From Candidatus Oxydemutatoraceae bacterium (GTDB taxonomy: Bacteria; Pseudomonadota; Gammaproteobacteria; Poriferisulfidales; Oxydemutatoraceae), in NCBI GenBank assembly GCA_965219575.1, contig OZ244779.1:2124769-2188768 (forward strand): a stretch of 64,000 nucleotides of DNA, in the 5' to 3' direction. Position numbers and translations under genes: made by a program. A model generated the notes under the pieces. The model had not been told where the DNA came from, did no database searches, and saw nothing but the letters and a program-made list of their open reading frames with translations. Of this stretch, positions 34,578-45,110 are shown one piece after another (the first letter of the stretch is position 1; the number at the start of each line of letters is the position of its first letter).

Positions 34578-35330
34578 TCACATATCGGTTAAACCGACAG
34601 AATATCGCCTTAAATAAGCCCTCACTCCGGTAATATAGCGTCTGCTCAGATGTAGTTTATCGTTGGTACATTTAAGTCTCAACTTCAACCGTTGATCGTC
34701 GTCTCGACTCAGGCTTTTCATATAAACTTTGTTTACCAAAGTACTACGGTGCACTCTCATCAGAATATCGCTAAACTCTTGTTCTAGATCCTTTAGCGTT
34801 TCGCTTATCAGATGCGACCCGTCGATATGTTTTACCATAGTATATTTTTGTTCGCTCCTGAAGTAAATGATATCCTCCAGTGAGACTAACTCCAACTGAT
34901 TGGCGATGCGACAGTAGATATGACTGCGGCACTCCCGCCCGTATAGTCCTACTTCTTTAACACCTCTAATGTTGTCGGGTTGCCGCAACTGTTCCAGTTT
35001 TTCTTTGAGCTGATGGCGCGCGATAGGCTTCAATAGAAATCCTTTGGCGTTCACTTCAAAAGCGGAGAGCGCATGCTGGCGATAAGCCGTGGTGAAAACG
35101 ATCTGCGGCGAGTTGGTGTTTTTGTTCATGTGTCTCGCCGCCTCTAGGCCATCCATTACCGGCATGTGGATATCCATTAGTACCACATCTATATCCAAGA
35201 TGTTTGCTTTTTCGACGGCGTCGAGACCGTTGTAAGCACAAGCCCTGACATAACAACCCGGTATCTCCGATACAAGTTGAATGAGTCTATCGCATGCGTG
35301 TTTTTCGTCATCTACTATCATGATATTCAT
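34578..35330 (-). CDS. LytTR-family response regulator (AlgR-like)
   Basis: VDDE, MDIHMPVMDGLE, FTTAY receiver motifs; SEQKYT and RVHRS LytTR motifs. Confidence 0.88.
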   Translation of the reverse strand: MNIMIVDDEKHACDRLIQLVSEIPGCYVRACAYNGLDAVEKANILDIDVVLMDIHMPVMDGLEAARHMNKNTNSPQIVFTTAYRQHALSAFEVNAKGFLLKPIARHQLKEKLEQLRQPDNIRGVKEVGLYGRECRSHIYCRIANQLELVSLEDIIYFRSEQKYTMVKHIDGSHLISETLKDLEQEFSDILMRVHRSTLVNKVYMKSLSRDDDQRLKLRLKCTNDKLHLSRRYITGVRAYLRRYSVGLTDM

Positions 35331-36367
35331 TATCTTAAACCTCCTTTAGGTATATTAATTGTTACTTCATATTCCGTTTCGCATTGTTCTCTCTTGAAGC
35401 TGAAATCATCTCCGTAGACAAGTGCCAAACGACGTTCTATATTTGTCTGCGCAACGTGATTACTTTTGCGCAGGTTATTGCTACCCAAGCTATTGCGATG
35501 CGGCGAATTCGAAGGTCGGGCATTATCGATAGGATTACAGACTTGAATGACTAGGCGACTCTTTACGGTGTATAAAGATATCGCCACGGTACCGCCTCCG
35601 ACAATATTCTCTATGCCGTGATAAATTGCATTTTCAACGAGCGGTTGTAGGATAAACGCCGGCACCTTGATGGCAATGTCCGTATTGCGATCAAGAAACC
35701 AGCTAACCTGTAATCGCTCCTCGAGCCTGTATTTTTCTATTTCTAAGTAACACTTCACCGAAGCCAACTCCTCCTCCAAACTAATATAGGTATCTAGGAA
35801 CAACATCTTCCTCAATAAACTTGCGAGTTTCTCTAGATTAACCTGAGCCGACGCAGGATTTTCCTGAATCCGACAAACGGTAGTATTTAGGGTGTTGAAT
35901 AGAAAATGGTGGCGGATTTGGTTGAATAATTGAAGCGGTTCTCTCTTCAACATTGCCCTCAGCCAATTCTTGAACCCATAGAGTAATACGACGCTCAATA
36001 GTCCGTCTATAATCGCAACGGCAACGGAATTGAGTTTCATCGCAGGGGCAAACTCAAGAATCGCCGTCAACCCGATAAAAGCCTCGACTACCGAGTAGGT
36101 CGATAAACCGGTAATAACGGCACAACTTATATAGACTATAACTTGCGAAGAATGACGATGTATATGCCAAATACAAACCGCTTTCAAGCAGGACGTGATC
36201 TGTAGCATCAAAACTAAAGCCGAATAAACGGCGATGGTGCGGAGGTTCCAGTCTTGTATCGTTAAGCCTAGAAAGGCTGCTTCAAATAACGCGACTATGC
36301 AGAATAAGGCAACAAAAATAGGTATACTTGAAGATGTTTTATTTTCATTCGTTCCAATCCCCCTCAT
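35330..36367 (-). CDS. LytS-type sensor histidine kinase (AlgZ/FimS-like)
   Basis: Hydrophobic N-terminus, HFLFNTLN, YLEIEKYRL, LQPLVENAIYHG. Confidence 0.85.
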   Translation of the reverse strand: MRGIGTNENKTSSSIPIFVALFCIVALFEAAFLGLTIQDWNLRTIAVYSALVLMLQITSCLKAVCIWHIHRHSSQVIVYISCAVITGLSTYSVVEAFIGLTAILEFAPAMKLNSVAVAIIDGLLSVVLLYGFKNWLRAMLKREPLQLFNQIRHHFLFNTLNTTVCRIQENPASAQVNLEKLASLLRKMLFLDTYISLEEELASVKCYLEIEKYRLEERLQVSWFLDRNTDIAIKVPAFILQPLVENAIYHGIENIVGGGTVAISLYTVKSRLVIQVCNPIDNARPSNSPHRNSLGSNNLRKSNHVAQTNIERRLALVYGDDFSFKREQCETEYEVTINIPKGGLR

Positions 36368-36686
36368 GATCCTTCTCCTAACTACACAGTTATTCGGTAT
36401 CTATAAGGCAGATGCACAGAATGTTGCAGCAGACCTTGCCAAAAGTTAAGCAACGCAATAAAGCATATCGCCTAACTTTATAACTTGTATAGGATAATCG
36501 TTTATCGATTGCAAGGGAATATACCCTCGTCTAAAAAAAATTAAAGCGGATAATAGGAAAAATTTAATTAAAGACGACTGGCAGTTTTTGAAACCTGTTC
36601 TTCATTGCATTCATCAAAAAATTAATTTTTTTAAGTTGCAATTTATCGATGCGGGAACGGCAACTCGGCATATTGCTCGTACATAG

Positions 36687-36880
36687 TGTTGAAAAAGTGC
36701 CGGTATCGCAAAAAACCAGCCGCTTGCGCCGTTTGGTTTTGGTTTCCATAAATTGGATGGATGAATTGTGCAGGCGTGACGCGTTTCGCGCAGAACAAAG
36801 CTGCCGATTAAGCCAGTAGGTTAATCGGCGTGGCATTGTGCAAGACCCCAGCGACCACCCCGTCAGGCTAAGCCTGCCGA
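36687..36880. repeat. Mosaic repeat cluster 5 (partial MITE plus hairpin modules)
   Basis: TGTTGAAAAAGT, TTTGGTTTTGGTTTCCATAAATTGGATGGATGAAT shared with the MITE, GCCGATTAA...TTAATCGGC, CCACCCCGTCAGGCTAAGCCTG. Confidence 0.8.
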
Positions 36881-36892
36881 TAAAGCACTACG

Positions 36893-37558
36893 CTACGGAT
36901 ATATAAGTTCCGCTCTACGATTGAACTTGAATGCCGCTTCGGTATTACCTTCAACCGCCGGGTGCTCTTCGCCGAAACTAATCACCGAAATACGCGAACC
37001 GTCTATACCATTCGCCTCCAACACGGTACGCACCGCACTCGCTCGATATTCTCCCAGTGCCAGATTATAGCCACTGGTGCCGCGTTGATCGGCATGTCCT
37101 TCTATGCGCAATATAACCTCGGGGTTTGCCTGCATGAAACGGGCATGACGCGATAGTATTTCTCGGGCATCCGCTTTGACTTCCGACTTGTTGAAATCAA
37201 AATAGATAACCGTATATCTAAGCACCGGGTCGGCATCCGCCTCTTCTAAGTAAGTGACATCTTTAGAGCTACCGGGGTCGTTGCCGTATAGCTGCTCTAC
37301 GGTGCCGGCGATATCGGCACTATAAGGCTCAATATCGATCGGCCGGGTTACGGGTTCGGAAATCTCTTCTGCGATAGGTTCATCGATGGTTTCGCCGATG
37401 GTTTCGCCGGTGGTTTCATCGGTGGTTTCGTCGGAAACTGCATCTTGTTCCAAATCTTGGGCAGGTTCAAATTCCACTTGTGTAGTGCCTGCACAGGCAC
37501 TTAAAAGTACGGCGAACCACAGCAATACAAAAATATTTGTTAGATACGATTTATACAT
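36893..37558 (-). CDS. pal: Peptidoglycan-associated lipoprotein (OmpA domain)
   Basis: Lipobox LSAC; IYFDFNKS, IEGHADQRG...YNLALGEYRA, SFGEEHP, NRRAEL. Confidence 0.85.
   Translation of the reverse strand: MYKSYLTNIFVLLWFAVLLSACAGTTQVEFEPAQDLEQDAVSDETTDETTGETIGETIDEPIAEEISEPVTRPIDIEPYSADIAGTVEQLYGNDPGSSKDVTYLEEADADPVLRYTVIYFDFNKSEVKADAREILSRHARFMQANPEVILRIEGHADQRGTSGYNLALGEYRASAVRTVLEANGIDGSRISVISFGEEHPAVEGNTEAAFKFNRRAELIYP
37376..37435. repeat. 12-bp coding tandem repeat in the pal linker
   Basis: GGTTTCGCCGAT / GGTTTCGCCGGT / GGTTTCATCGGT / GGTTTCGTCGGA encoding DETT DETT GETI GETI DEPI. Confidence 0.75.
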
Positions 37559-37597
37559 AATTATCCTCTCATTATTAAGCTTCAAAACTCTACTATT

Positions 37598-38758
37598 CTA
37601 ATCTACCTGCTTGCGCAGAAATGCCGGAATATCGAGCAAATTATCATATTTATCGTCTTCGGATTCGGGCTTGGACGATGCCGGCGATTGAGACTCTTCG
37701 GCGGATAATACGCTGCCACCTTTTATGGTTTTGAGCGACACCGGTTCGGATTCTATCCCTAAATCGGCATCGGCAATCGCATCGCTTGCTACTTCCTCCT
37801 CGGCTTCTATACCGGTTGCAATCACCGTGATACGCAAGGTGTCTCCCATAGACTCATCGTGTACAATGCCCATTTTGAAGTTGGCATCGCCGTCGGTTAG
37901 CTCCTTAAAGCTCATGCCTATCTCTTGAGCCTCTCCGATTTTTATGTTGGCACTGCTGATATTGACGAGTAGGCCGCGCACATTATTCAAGTCCATGTCT
38001 TCGAGTAAAGGATTTTGAATGGCAGCGAGCATCGCTTCGTTTGAACGCCCTTCGCCTTCCGCCGTGCCCGAGCTAATCATCGCTCTACCCGGTTCGGACA
38101 TCACCGCCTTTATATCGGCAAAATCGAGATTGATAGAACCTTTGCGAGTAATCAACTCGGCGATGCCTTGCACCGCCCCGTAAAGCACATCGTGCGCTTT
38201 ATCCATAGTGGTCTGAAATTCGGTATCGGGACCGAGTACCGAACACAGCTTTTCGTTGGATATAACGATCAGCGAATCAACATATCCGCTTAACTCGTCG
38301 ATGCTTTGCTCGGCAATTTCCATACGTCTAGCCTGCTCGTATTCAAAAGGTTTGACCACCACCGCAACGGTCAATGCTCCATGCTCTTTTGCAATTTGTG
38401 CAATCACCGGTGCGGCACCGCTACCGGTACCGCCACCCATACCTGCGGTAATGAACACCATATCGGTTTTCTCGATGATTTGACGTATTTGCTCGGCGTT
38501 TTCCTTTGCCGCATTGCACCCCACTTCGGGATTGCCGCCGGCACCCAAACCTTTGGTTAAGTCGGCTCCCAGCTGCAAGCAGGTTGCTCTGCTACTCGAC
38601 AGAGCCTGCGTATCGGTATTGGCACAGATAAACTCGACACCCTCGAGATTTTTGGACATCATATAGTTGACGGTATTACCGCCACACCCGCCGACACCGA
38701 TTACTTTGATAACGACACCCTCGGTTTTTTTGTCTTCCACGAGTTCAAATTCAAGCAT
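37598..38758 (-). CDS. ftsZ: Cell division protein FtsZ
   Basis: GMGGGTGSG, NLDFAD, LDIPAFLRKQ. Confidence 0.98.
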   Translation of the reverse strand: MLEFELVEDKKTEGVVIKVIGVGGCGGNTVNYMMSKNLEGVEFICANTDTQALSSSRATCLQLGADLTKGLGAGGNPEVGCNAAKENAEQIRQIIEKTDMVFITAGMGGGTGSGAAPVIAQIAKEHGALTVAVVVKPFEYEQARRMEIAEQSIDELSGYVDSLIVISNEKLCSVLGPDTEFQTTMDKAHDVLYGAVQGIAELITRKGSINLDFADIKAVMSEPGRAMISSGTAEGEGRSNEAMLAAIQNPLLEDMDLNNVRGLLVNISSANIKIGEAQEIGMSFKELTDGDANFKMGIVHDESMGDTLRITVIATGIEAEEEVASDAIADADLGIESEPVSLKTIKGGSVLSAEESQSPASSKPESEDDKYDNLLDIPAFLRKQVD

Positions 38759-38789
38759 TTTATTTCTCCTATAAGTTAAAAGGATCGGA

Positions 38790-40007
38790 TCAATATTGGT
38801 TTTGAAACCAACGCTTCGCTTTTAGTAAAGCAATTTTTAGACGACTGCGCTCCGGCTTATCGACTCCCGCGTATAGGGTTGAATCCTTTGCGTAGAGTAA
38901 TAAACCGAAACCGGTCGCATAAATCGGGTCTTTGAGATTGTCGGTGGTTTTTTTGAGTTGTTGGGGACTGCCCACACGCACCGGCATATCAAAAAAATCT
39001 CTGGCTAAATCGCAAACCCCCTCTAGTTTAGAACCGCCGCCGGTTAGCACGATACCGGCGACCACATCCTGCTTGAAATTTTTCTGTATATGTTCTCGTG
39101 TTAGTTTGAAAATTTCATCGTACCGAGCTTCTATAACCTCTGCCAGAATTTCTCGTTTACAATTTATCGCCTCGTTGTCATGTGACAATGTATGCACTTC
39201 TATGGTTTCGTTGATATTTTTGATGCACGCCTTGGTGCATCCGTACTTGAGCTTTATCTCCTCGGCGTAGTTCGGAGGTGTGCGCAGAACTTTTGCGATA
39301 TCGTTGCTTACATGGTCGCCGGCAACCGGGATAATCCCGATGTCTATAATTTCTCCCTCGGTATAAATCGCAATATCGGTAGTGCCGCCACCTATGTCTA
39401 TCATACAAACACCCAATTCGCGTTCGTCGGTGGTCAACACCGCCATCCCCGAGGCTACCGGTTCGAGTACCATGTCGTTTATATTGATCCCGCATCGTTC
39501 TACGCAGTTTCTAATATTACGTATTTGATACTTGCCGCCGGTAATCATATAGACTTTTGCTTCCAGGCGACGGCCTGCCATGCCTTCGGGATTTCTGATC
39601 CCGGACTCGCCGTCTATCTTAAATTCTCGGGGAAAGGTATGCAAAATTTCTTGATCACTTGCAACCGGTATCGATTTAGCGGTTTCAACCGCGTTATTCA
39701 TATCAAACTCCGAGACTTCGCCGCTGTGTATCGGTGCTGCATCCTCGCTCAATATGCCGCGAATATGTTCACCGGAAATCCCCACATAAGCCGAAATTAT
39801 CCTCTCCTTCTCGTCGAGCATGAGTTCGGCTGCCTGTATGGAATTTTGTATAGAGCCGACCATTTGTTCTATGTCAATCACTATTCCCTTTCTCATCCCT
39901 TTAGACGGACAAACCCCGGAAGCGAGAATTTTAAGCGCACCATCCTCTTCTATATCGGCGACCAAAGTTGCAATTTTGTTGGTTCCTATATCGATCCCGG
40001 CTAACAT
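38790..40007 (-). CDS. ftsA: Cell division protein FtsA
   Basis: GIDIGTNK, DIGGGTTD, VLTGGGS; start trimmed to ATG 40007. Confidence 0.96.
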   Translation of the reverse strand: MLAGIDIGTNKIATLVADIEEDGALKILASGVCPSKGMRKGIVIDIEQMVGSIQNSIQAAELMLDEKERIISAYVGISGEHIRGILSEDAAPIHSGEVSEFDMNNAVETAKSIPVASDQEILHTFPREFKIDGESGIRNPEGMAGRRLEAKVYMITGGKYQIRNIRNCVERCGININDMVLEPVASGMAVLTTDERELGVCMIDIGGGTTDIAIYTEGEIIDIGIIPVAGDHVSNDIAKVLRTPPNYAEEIKLKYGCTKACIKNINETIEVHTLSHDNEAINCKREILAEVIEARYDEIFKLTREHIQKNFKQDVVAGIVLTGGGSKLEGVCDLARDFFDMPVRVGSPQQLKKTTDNLKDPIYATGFGLLLYAKDSTLYAGVDKPERSRLKIALLKAKRWFQNQY

Positions 40008-40774
40008 GACTGCAACCCCCGGTCTTTTTTCCAACGCACCGCAAAACCGTCCAAGTATCTCAGATCTATACATGCAACACGATGCATATAATCGACAAAA
40101 CCGGCTCGGTAAGCGGCTAAAAATCTTTCGATGCGCCGTTTGAAGAGATGCCTGCCTAAAATTAGGCGCGGTGCATCCTCCAACTGCACGGTATAAGTGC
40201 GACTTCGATCCTCTCTCAAGTGAATTATGCGCAGACCGGCGGGAGCCAACCAATCGGTCAACTGTCGGTAAAAATCGAGCAAGTGCTTCTCACGACCCGC
40301 CGCCGCATCGAATATAGGTAAATTGTCGTTATCGGTTAAACGCGGTCTAAACACCGCACCACTCTTATCCAACAAAGCCTGCCCTCCCCAATACGCAACC
40401 GCTTTGCGCTCTTGTATGGTCAGAACCAGTGTGTCGTCGCGCCAGCTGCGTTGAATTAGAACATTCTTAACCCACGGCAAATCTTTCAGTAATTTTGCTA
40501 TCACATCCATCTCGTCCCGGCCTACGGAATGACCCAAAAAGGGAGACAACAACTGCTCTATTTCAAAGCGATCTATGCGCCTATATTCGCCTTCCACGCG
40601 CACCTGACTAATCTCCTTGAATAACAATCTATCCCAGTCTACATCGAGTTGCTTCGCCACGACTAAAATTGCAACAACGGCAAAAGTCAATATGCCGTAC
40701 TGAAGGTATCGTGCAAGCCGATATCTTGAAGACTTAGGCTTGCGGTATTGCATGCACGACGCCGAGTGGTTCAT
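40001..40774 (-). CDS. ftsQ: Cell division protein FtsQ
   Basis: TM helix, LPWV POTRA motif, IDLRYLDGFAVRW; position. Confidence 0.92.
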   Translation of the reverse strand: MNHSASCMQYRKPKSSRYRLARYLQYGILTFAVVAILVVAKQLDVDWDRLLFKEISQVRVEGEYRRIDRFEIEQLLSPFLGHSVGRDEMDVIAKLLKDLPWVKNVLIQRSWRDDTLVLTIQERKAVAYWGGQALLDKSGAVFRPRLTDNDNLPIFDAAAGREKHLLDFYRQLTDWLAPAGLRIIHLREDRSRTYTVQLEDAPRLILGRHLFKRRIERFLAAYRAGFVDYMHRVACIDLRYLDGFAVRWKKDRGLQSC

Positions 40775-41688
40775 GGTTTCTCCTTTGTTGCCGTTGCCAA
40801 TATCTTCAGTACCAGTGAACCGAAATCTATGCCGGTAGCCTTAGCCGACATCGGCACTAAACTATGACTCGTGAGACCGGGTACGGTGTTGACCTCGAGT
40901 AACCAAAATTTACCTTCGGTGTCGCGCACGGCATCGACCCGTCCCCATCCTTCGACACCTAGAGATTTGCACGCATATAAACATAAGTTTTTCAACGCCT
41001 CGAGTGCCTGCGACGGCAATCCACAGGGACAATGATAACGCGTTGCGTCGTCTTCGTATTTTGCGGCATAGTCATAGAATACGCGAGATGTCTGCAACCT
41101 TATCGGCGGCAAGATTTTGTCTTCCAATAGGGGCACCGCATATTCGTCGCCCGTCACCCAAGCCTCTGCAAACAGTGTTTTTGAAACTTGCCGGGCGGCG
41201 GATAGTGCCTTGTCGAAATCGTCCCGATTTTCTACTTTAGAAACGCCTATACTCGAACCTTCGCATACCGGCTTTAGCGCAAAGGGTAGACCGATTTGCG
41301 CAACGATAGCTTCGATATCCGAAGGCGTGTCAACGACGACAAAAGGTGGTGTAGGCAATTTCTGCGATGCCCAAATTCGCTTGGTGGCAATTTTGTTCAT
41401 AGACAATGCCGAGGCGAGTACGCCGCTACCGGTGTACGGTATATCGAGCATTTCGAGCATACCCTGCAAAGTGCCGTCCTCTCCGCCTCGCCCGTGTATT
41501 GCAATAAAGGCATGATCATAACAACCGATCGACAAAGGCGATACGGTTTTCGGTCTGAGGTCATGGGCGATTGCGTCTACTTCCGATTCTCGCAATGCGG
41601 CAACCACCGCATTGCCGGTATCCAGAGAGATCGTTCTCTCCGACGACCATCCACCCATAAACACTCCGACTTTCCCGAACTCAGGCAC
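40771..41688 (-). CDS. ddl: D-alanine--D-alanine ligase
   Basis: GGWSSER, HGRGGEDG, EGSSIG, EVNTVPG; GTG start at 41688. Confidence 0.96.
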   Translation of the reverse strand: MPEFGKVGVFMGGWSSERTISLDTGNAVVAALRESEVDAIAHDLRPKTVSPLSIGCYDHAFIAIHGRGGEDGTLQGMLEMLDIPYTGSGVLASALSMNKIATKRIWASQKLPTPPFVVVDTPSDIEAIVAQIGLPFALKPVCEGSSIGVSKVENRDDFDKALSAARQVSKTLFAEAWVTGDEYAVPLLEDKILPPIRLQTSRVFYDYAAKYEDDATRYHCPCGLPSQALEALKNLCLYACKSLGVEGWGRVDAVRDTEGKFWLLEVNTVPGLTSHSLVPMSAKATGIDFGSLVLKILATATKEKP

Positions 41689-42589
41689 GATGATCTCCGA
41701 CGATGACGACTTCCGGCTGTAGATGTACACCACTGCGTTCCTTGACGACAGCCTGAATGTGCGCAATCAATTGCTCTATATCGTTCGCCGTTGCCGAACC
41801 TTTGTTGACTATAAAATTTGCGTGTTTTTCCGAGACCATCGCATCACCGACGGTATACGACTTCAAGCCACATTCTTCGATAAGTTTTCCGGCGGAACCA
41901 CCCTGAAGATTTTTGAAAACAGAACCGCAAGTCGGTGCATTGGTAGGTTGAGTCCGATTACGCATCTCGAGATATGTTTTGAGCTGATCGCGTAGCTCGG
42001 CTTCGGCTTTTATTTTTTGAGGCCGTTTGAATTCGCTCGAAATAATACATTCATCGTCGAGCAAATCCACGAACCTATAACCGACATCGATCTCGCTGCG
42101 TGCCCGCTTTTTCCTCGTTCCTTGTCGATCGATGGTCTCGATCGCAACCGCATAATCCCAAATCTCGCTACCGAAAGCACCGGCATTCATCCTAAGCGCA
42201 CCCCCTAAAGTACCGGGGATACCCACCATAAACTCCAAGCCCGGCAAACCGTTATTGACATAAAAGCGCGCCAGTTTTGCACAGCTCGTACTCGCACCTG
42301 CGCAGATAATATCTTCGCCACGCTGTTCTATCCAATTAAAACCGCTGCCTAAACTGATTACGATTCCTTTGATGCCGCCATCTCGAACCAACACATTGCT
42401 ACCCAAACCCAAATAGAAAACCGGATAATCGGCAACGCAATATTTTAGAAAATAGCCGAGTGTGGCGACATCGTCGACCTTAAAAAAACAGTCGGCAGCA
42501 CCGCCGACACGCCATGTATTCAAACGTTTAAGGCTATGATCGAAATGTAAAGCACCTTTAAGATTTTCGGTGTCGCAGCGTAGCATCAT
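41681..42589 (-). CDS. murB: UDP-N-acetylenolpyruvoylglucosamine reductase
   Basis: GLGSNVL, GIPGTLGGALRMNAGA, GSVFKN, KHANFIVN. Confidence 0.96.
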   Translation of the reverse strand: MMLRCDTENLKGALHFDHSLKRLNTWRVGGAADCFFKVDDVATLGYFLKYCVADYPVFYLGLGSNVLVRDGGIKGIVISLGSGFNWIEQRGEDIICAGASTSCAKLARFYVNNGLPGLEFMVGIPGTLGGALRMNAGAFGSEIWDYAVAIETIDRQGTRKKRARSEIDVGYRFVDLLDDECIISSEFKRPQKIKAEAELRDQLKTYLEMRNRTQPTNAPTCGSVFKNLQGGSAGKLIEECGLKSYTVGDAMVSEKHANFIVNKGSATANDIEQLIAHIQAVVKERSGVHLQPEVVIVGDHRA

Positions 42590-44034
42590 GACGGTATCTC
42601 CTCGGCTGCAAAATTTTTTACGGCAAAGCGGTCTATCAAATCCTCGGGCAACTTGGAAATAGACCCGGCACCCATTGTCAATACGACATCGCCGTCGCGC
42701 ACAACCGCATCGAGCACCTCGGGCACGCTCGCCATAGTATCGAGACAAATAGGAATCAGATGCCCGCGTGCGCGTATTGCACGACTCAGCGCATCGCTGT
42801 CCGCACCTTTAATCGGTTCTTCGCCGGCAGCATAGACATCGAGTAAAATCAATTCTTCGACTTCGTTTAGAACATCGCAAAAATCGTTGAATAAAGCGTG
42901 TGTACGCGTATAGCGATGCGGTTGAAATATCAATACTTTACGCCGCCCGCACCCGATGTCGCCGGCGGTGCGTAGCACCGCTTTTATCTCGTTCGGATGG
43001 TGCCCGTAATCGTCTATTAAGTGCGCACTACCGTGTGTCGTTTTTAGCATACCGTAACTTTGCATACGCCTTCCTATACCTTGAAATTCCGCCAAGGCCT
43101 CGGCGATTATCTTTAGGGTCACACCTAATTTGATTCCTACCGCAATCGCCGCAAGCGCATTTAATACATTGTGCCGACCCGGCAAGTTCAGCATGAATTG
43201 ATGTACCTCGGTGTCATCGGCGATGCTCAGATGAAAGTGGCTCGTCATGTTTTCAAAGCGAATAGCCTCGGCAACAAAATCGTTGTCTTTATCGAAACCG
43301 TAAGTCAAGCAACGACGATCGAATCGAGGTACCAGTTCGCGTACCACCGGGTCTTCGTTGCAAGCGATTACAACACCGTAAAACGGTAAATTATGTACGA
43401 AATCTACGAACGCGTTTTGTAAAAGTTCAAAATTGTTTCTGTACGCCGACAAATGATCGGCGTCGATGTTCGTGATAACCGACATCATCGGCTGCAAATG
43501 CAGAAAAGAAGCGTCACTCTCGTCGGCCTCGGCAACCATGTAATGACTTTCACCCAAACGCGCATTGCCGCCATGACTATTCACCTTGCCGCCGATAACA
43601 AAGGTTGGATCCAAGTCGGCTTTGGTCAAAATTGCCGCAATCAAACTCGTCGTCGTCGTTTTGCCGTGGGTGCCGGAAACCGCAATACCGAAATGAAAGC
43701 GCATCAGCTCGGCGAGCATCTCGGCTCGTTTGATCACCGGCACATTATGTTCTCGTGCAGCGGACACCTCCGGATTGTCGGAAGCAATTGCAGAAGATAC
43801 GACTACGACATTGCAGCCTCGAATATGGTCTGCACGGTGCCCTATATAAACCCTGATGCCGAGTGCTTCCAGTTTCGATATCGCCGTGCTATGCGCGATA
43901 TCCGAACCTTGTACCTTGCAACCCATATTGAACAACACTTCTGCGATGCCGCTCATGCCGATACCGCCGATACCGACCAAATGTATCGTTCCCATGCTGT
44001 CGTAGACTTGTCTTAAGTTATTATTCGTTTTCAC
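42586..44034 (-). CDS. murC: UDP-N-acetylmuramate--L-alanine ligase
   Basis: GIGGIGMSGIA, GTHGKTTTT, EADESD, DDYGHHP, FQPHRYTRT. Confidence 0.97.
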   Translation of the reverse strand: MKTNNNLRQVYDSMGTIHLVGIGGIGMSGIAEVLFNMGCKVQGSDIAHSTAISKLEALGIRVYIGHRADHIRGCNVVVVSSAIASDNPEVSAAREHNVPVIKRAEMLAELMRFHFGIAVSGTHGKTTTTSLIAAILTKADLDPTFVIGGKVNSHGGNARLGESHYMVAEADESDASFLHLQPMMSVITNIDADHLSAYRNNFELLQNAFVDFVHNLPFYGVVIACNEDPVVRELVPRFDRRCLTYGFDKDNDFVAEAIRFENMTSHFHLSIADDTEVHQFMLNLPGRHNVLNALAAIAVGIKLGVTLKIIAEALAEFQGIGRRMQSYGMLKTTHGSAHLIDDYGHHPNEIKAVLRTAGDIGCGRRKVLIFQPHRYTRTHALFNDFCDVLNEVEELILLDVYAAGEEPIKGADSDALSRAIRARGHLIPICLDTMASVPEVLDAVVRDGDVVLTMGAGSISKLPEDLIDRFAVKNFAAEEIPS

Positions 44035-45110
44035 GCTGCCATCTCCGCAATACATATATCGGCAATCTTGCGGTCGGCGTCGAGTATCGCTGCCGCCTTG
44101 ATCGCTTTGGACATCTCGAGTAGAGATTCTCTATTTCTTATAAAACCTAGTAATAAATCGGCAAGTTTAGCGGCTGTTAGTTGATCCTGCGGCACTAAAA
44201 TCGCAGCATTTTCGGCAACTAAATAACGCGCATTCGCAGATTGATGGTCGTCGACCGCGTGAGGATACGGCACCAAGATTGCGGTGCGTCCCGCTGCAGA
44301 GATTTCCGCCAAGGTCATCGCACCGGCTCTACACAAAACCAAATCCGCCCAACGATAAAGTTCGTGCATTTTCTCTTCGAACTCAAAAACTTTGTAGTGT
44401 ACTTTTAATGCCGCTATACGCGATACCATTTCTTGCAAATGTCCCTTGCCGGTCTGATGACTCACTTCGGGGCGTTGCGACTCGTCTATTAGCGCAATCG
44501 CCTGCGGCACAATCTCGTTAAAAAAACTCGCTCCCAGACTGCCGCCGACAACGAGCAGACGCAGTCTGTCGTGTTCGCCCGACTTCGGGTCTGAAACATC
44601 GGCGGTCATCTCGGCTCGTACCGGATTCCCTACCCACACGACATTCTTGGACTTAAACGACTCGGGAAATCCACAGAGGACTTGTCGACTCAAAAATGCC
44701 AAGCATTTATTGGTTAAACCGGCGATCGCATTTTGCTCGTGTATAACCAGCGGAATACCCAACAAATAGGCAACGACACCGCCGGGGCCGGTCACAAAAC
44801 CGCCCATACCCAAAACCAAGGACGGACGCTGTCTGATAAATTGCAATAATATCTTCCAAAATGCGATGCTCAATATCCACGGTGCCGTCAACCAATTCAA
44901 TAAACCTTTGCCTCTGAGGGCTTTGACTCGTACGCCTATAAAATCGATTTCCTCGTCGGGGACGACGCGAGACTCGAGCCCGTCCGAGGTGCCGAGCCAT
45001 AGCACATCGATGCGCTGCGCTTTAAGGCGGCGACCGACGGCGATACCGGGAAAAACATGACCCCCCGTCCCGCCCGCCATAATTACAATCAACGGGGTTT
45101 TAGTAGCCAT
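44031..45110 (-). CDS. murG: Lipid II GlcNAc transferase
   Basis: GGTGGHVFP, HEQNAIAG, GNPVR, GGSLGA. Confidence 0.97.
   Translation of the reverse strand: MATKTPLIVIMAGGTGGHVFPGIAVGRRLKAQRIDVLWLGTSDGLESRVVPDEEIDFIGVRVKALRGKGLLNWLTAPWILSIAFWKILLQFIRQRPSLVLGMGGFVTGPGGVVAYLLGIPLVIHEQNAIAGLTNKCLAFLSRQVLCGFPESFKSKNVVWVGNPVRAEMTADVSDPKSGEHDRLRLLVVGGSLGASFFNEIVPQAIALIDESQRPEVSHQTGKGHLQEMVSRIAALKVHYKVFEFEEKMHELYRWADLVLCRAGAMTLAEISAAGRTAILVPYPHAVDDHQSANARYLVAENAAILVPQDQLTAAKLADLLLGFIRNRESLLEMSKAIKAAAILDADRKIADICIAEMAA

Noticed and set aside
9881-40004. Long plus-strand ORFs antisense to carA, rpsK/rpsM and ftsA (290, 251 and 270 aa)
   Set aside because: They fully overlap well-supported housekeeping genes and show no motifs.
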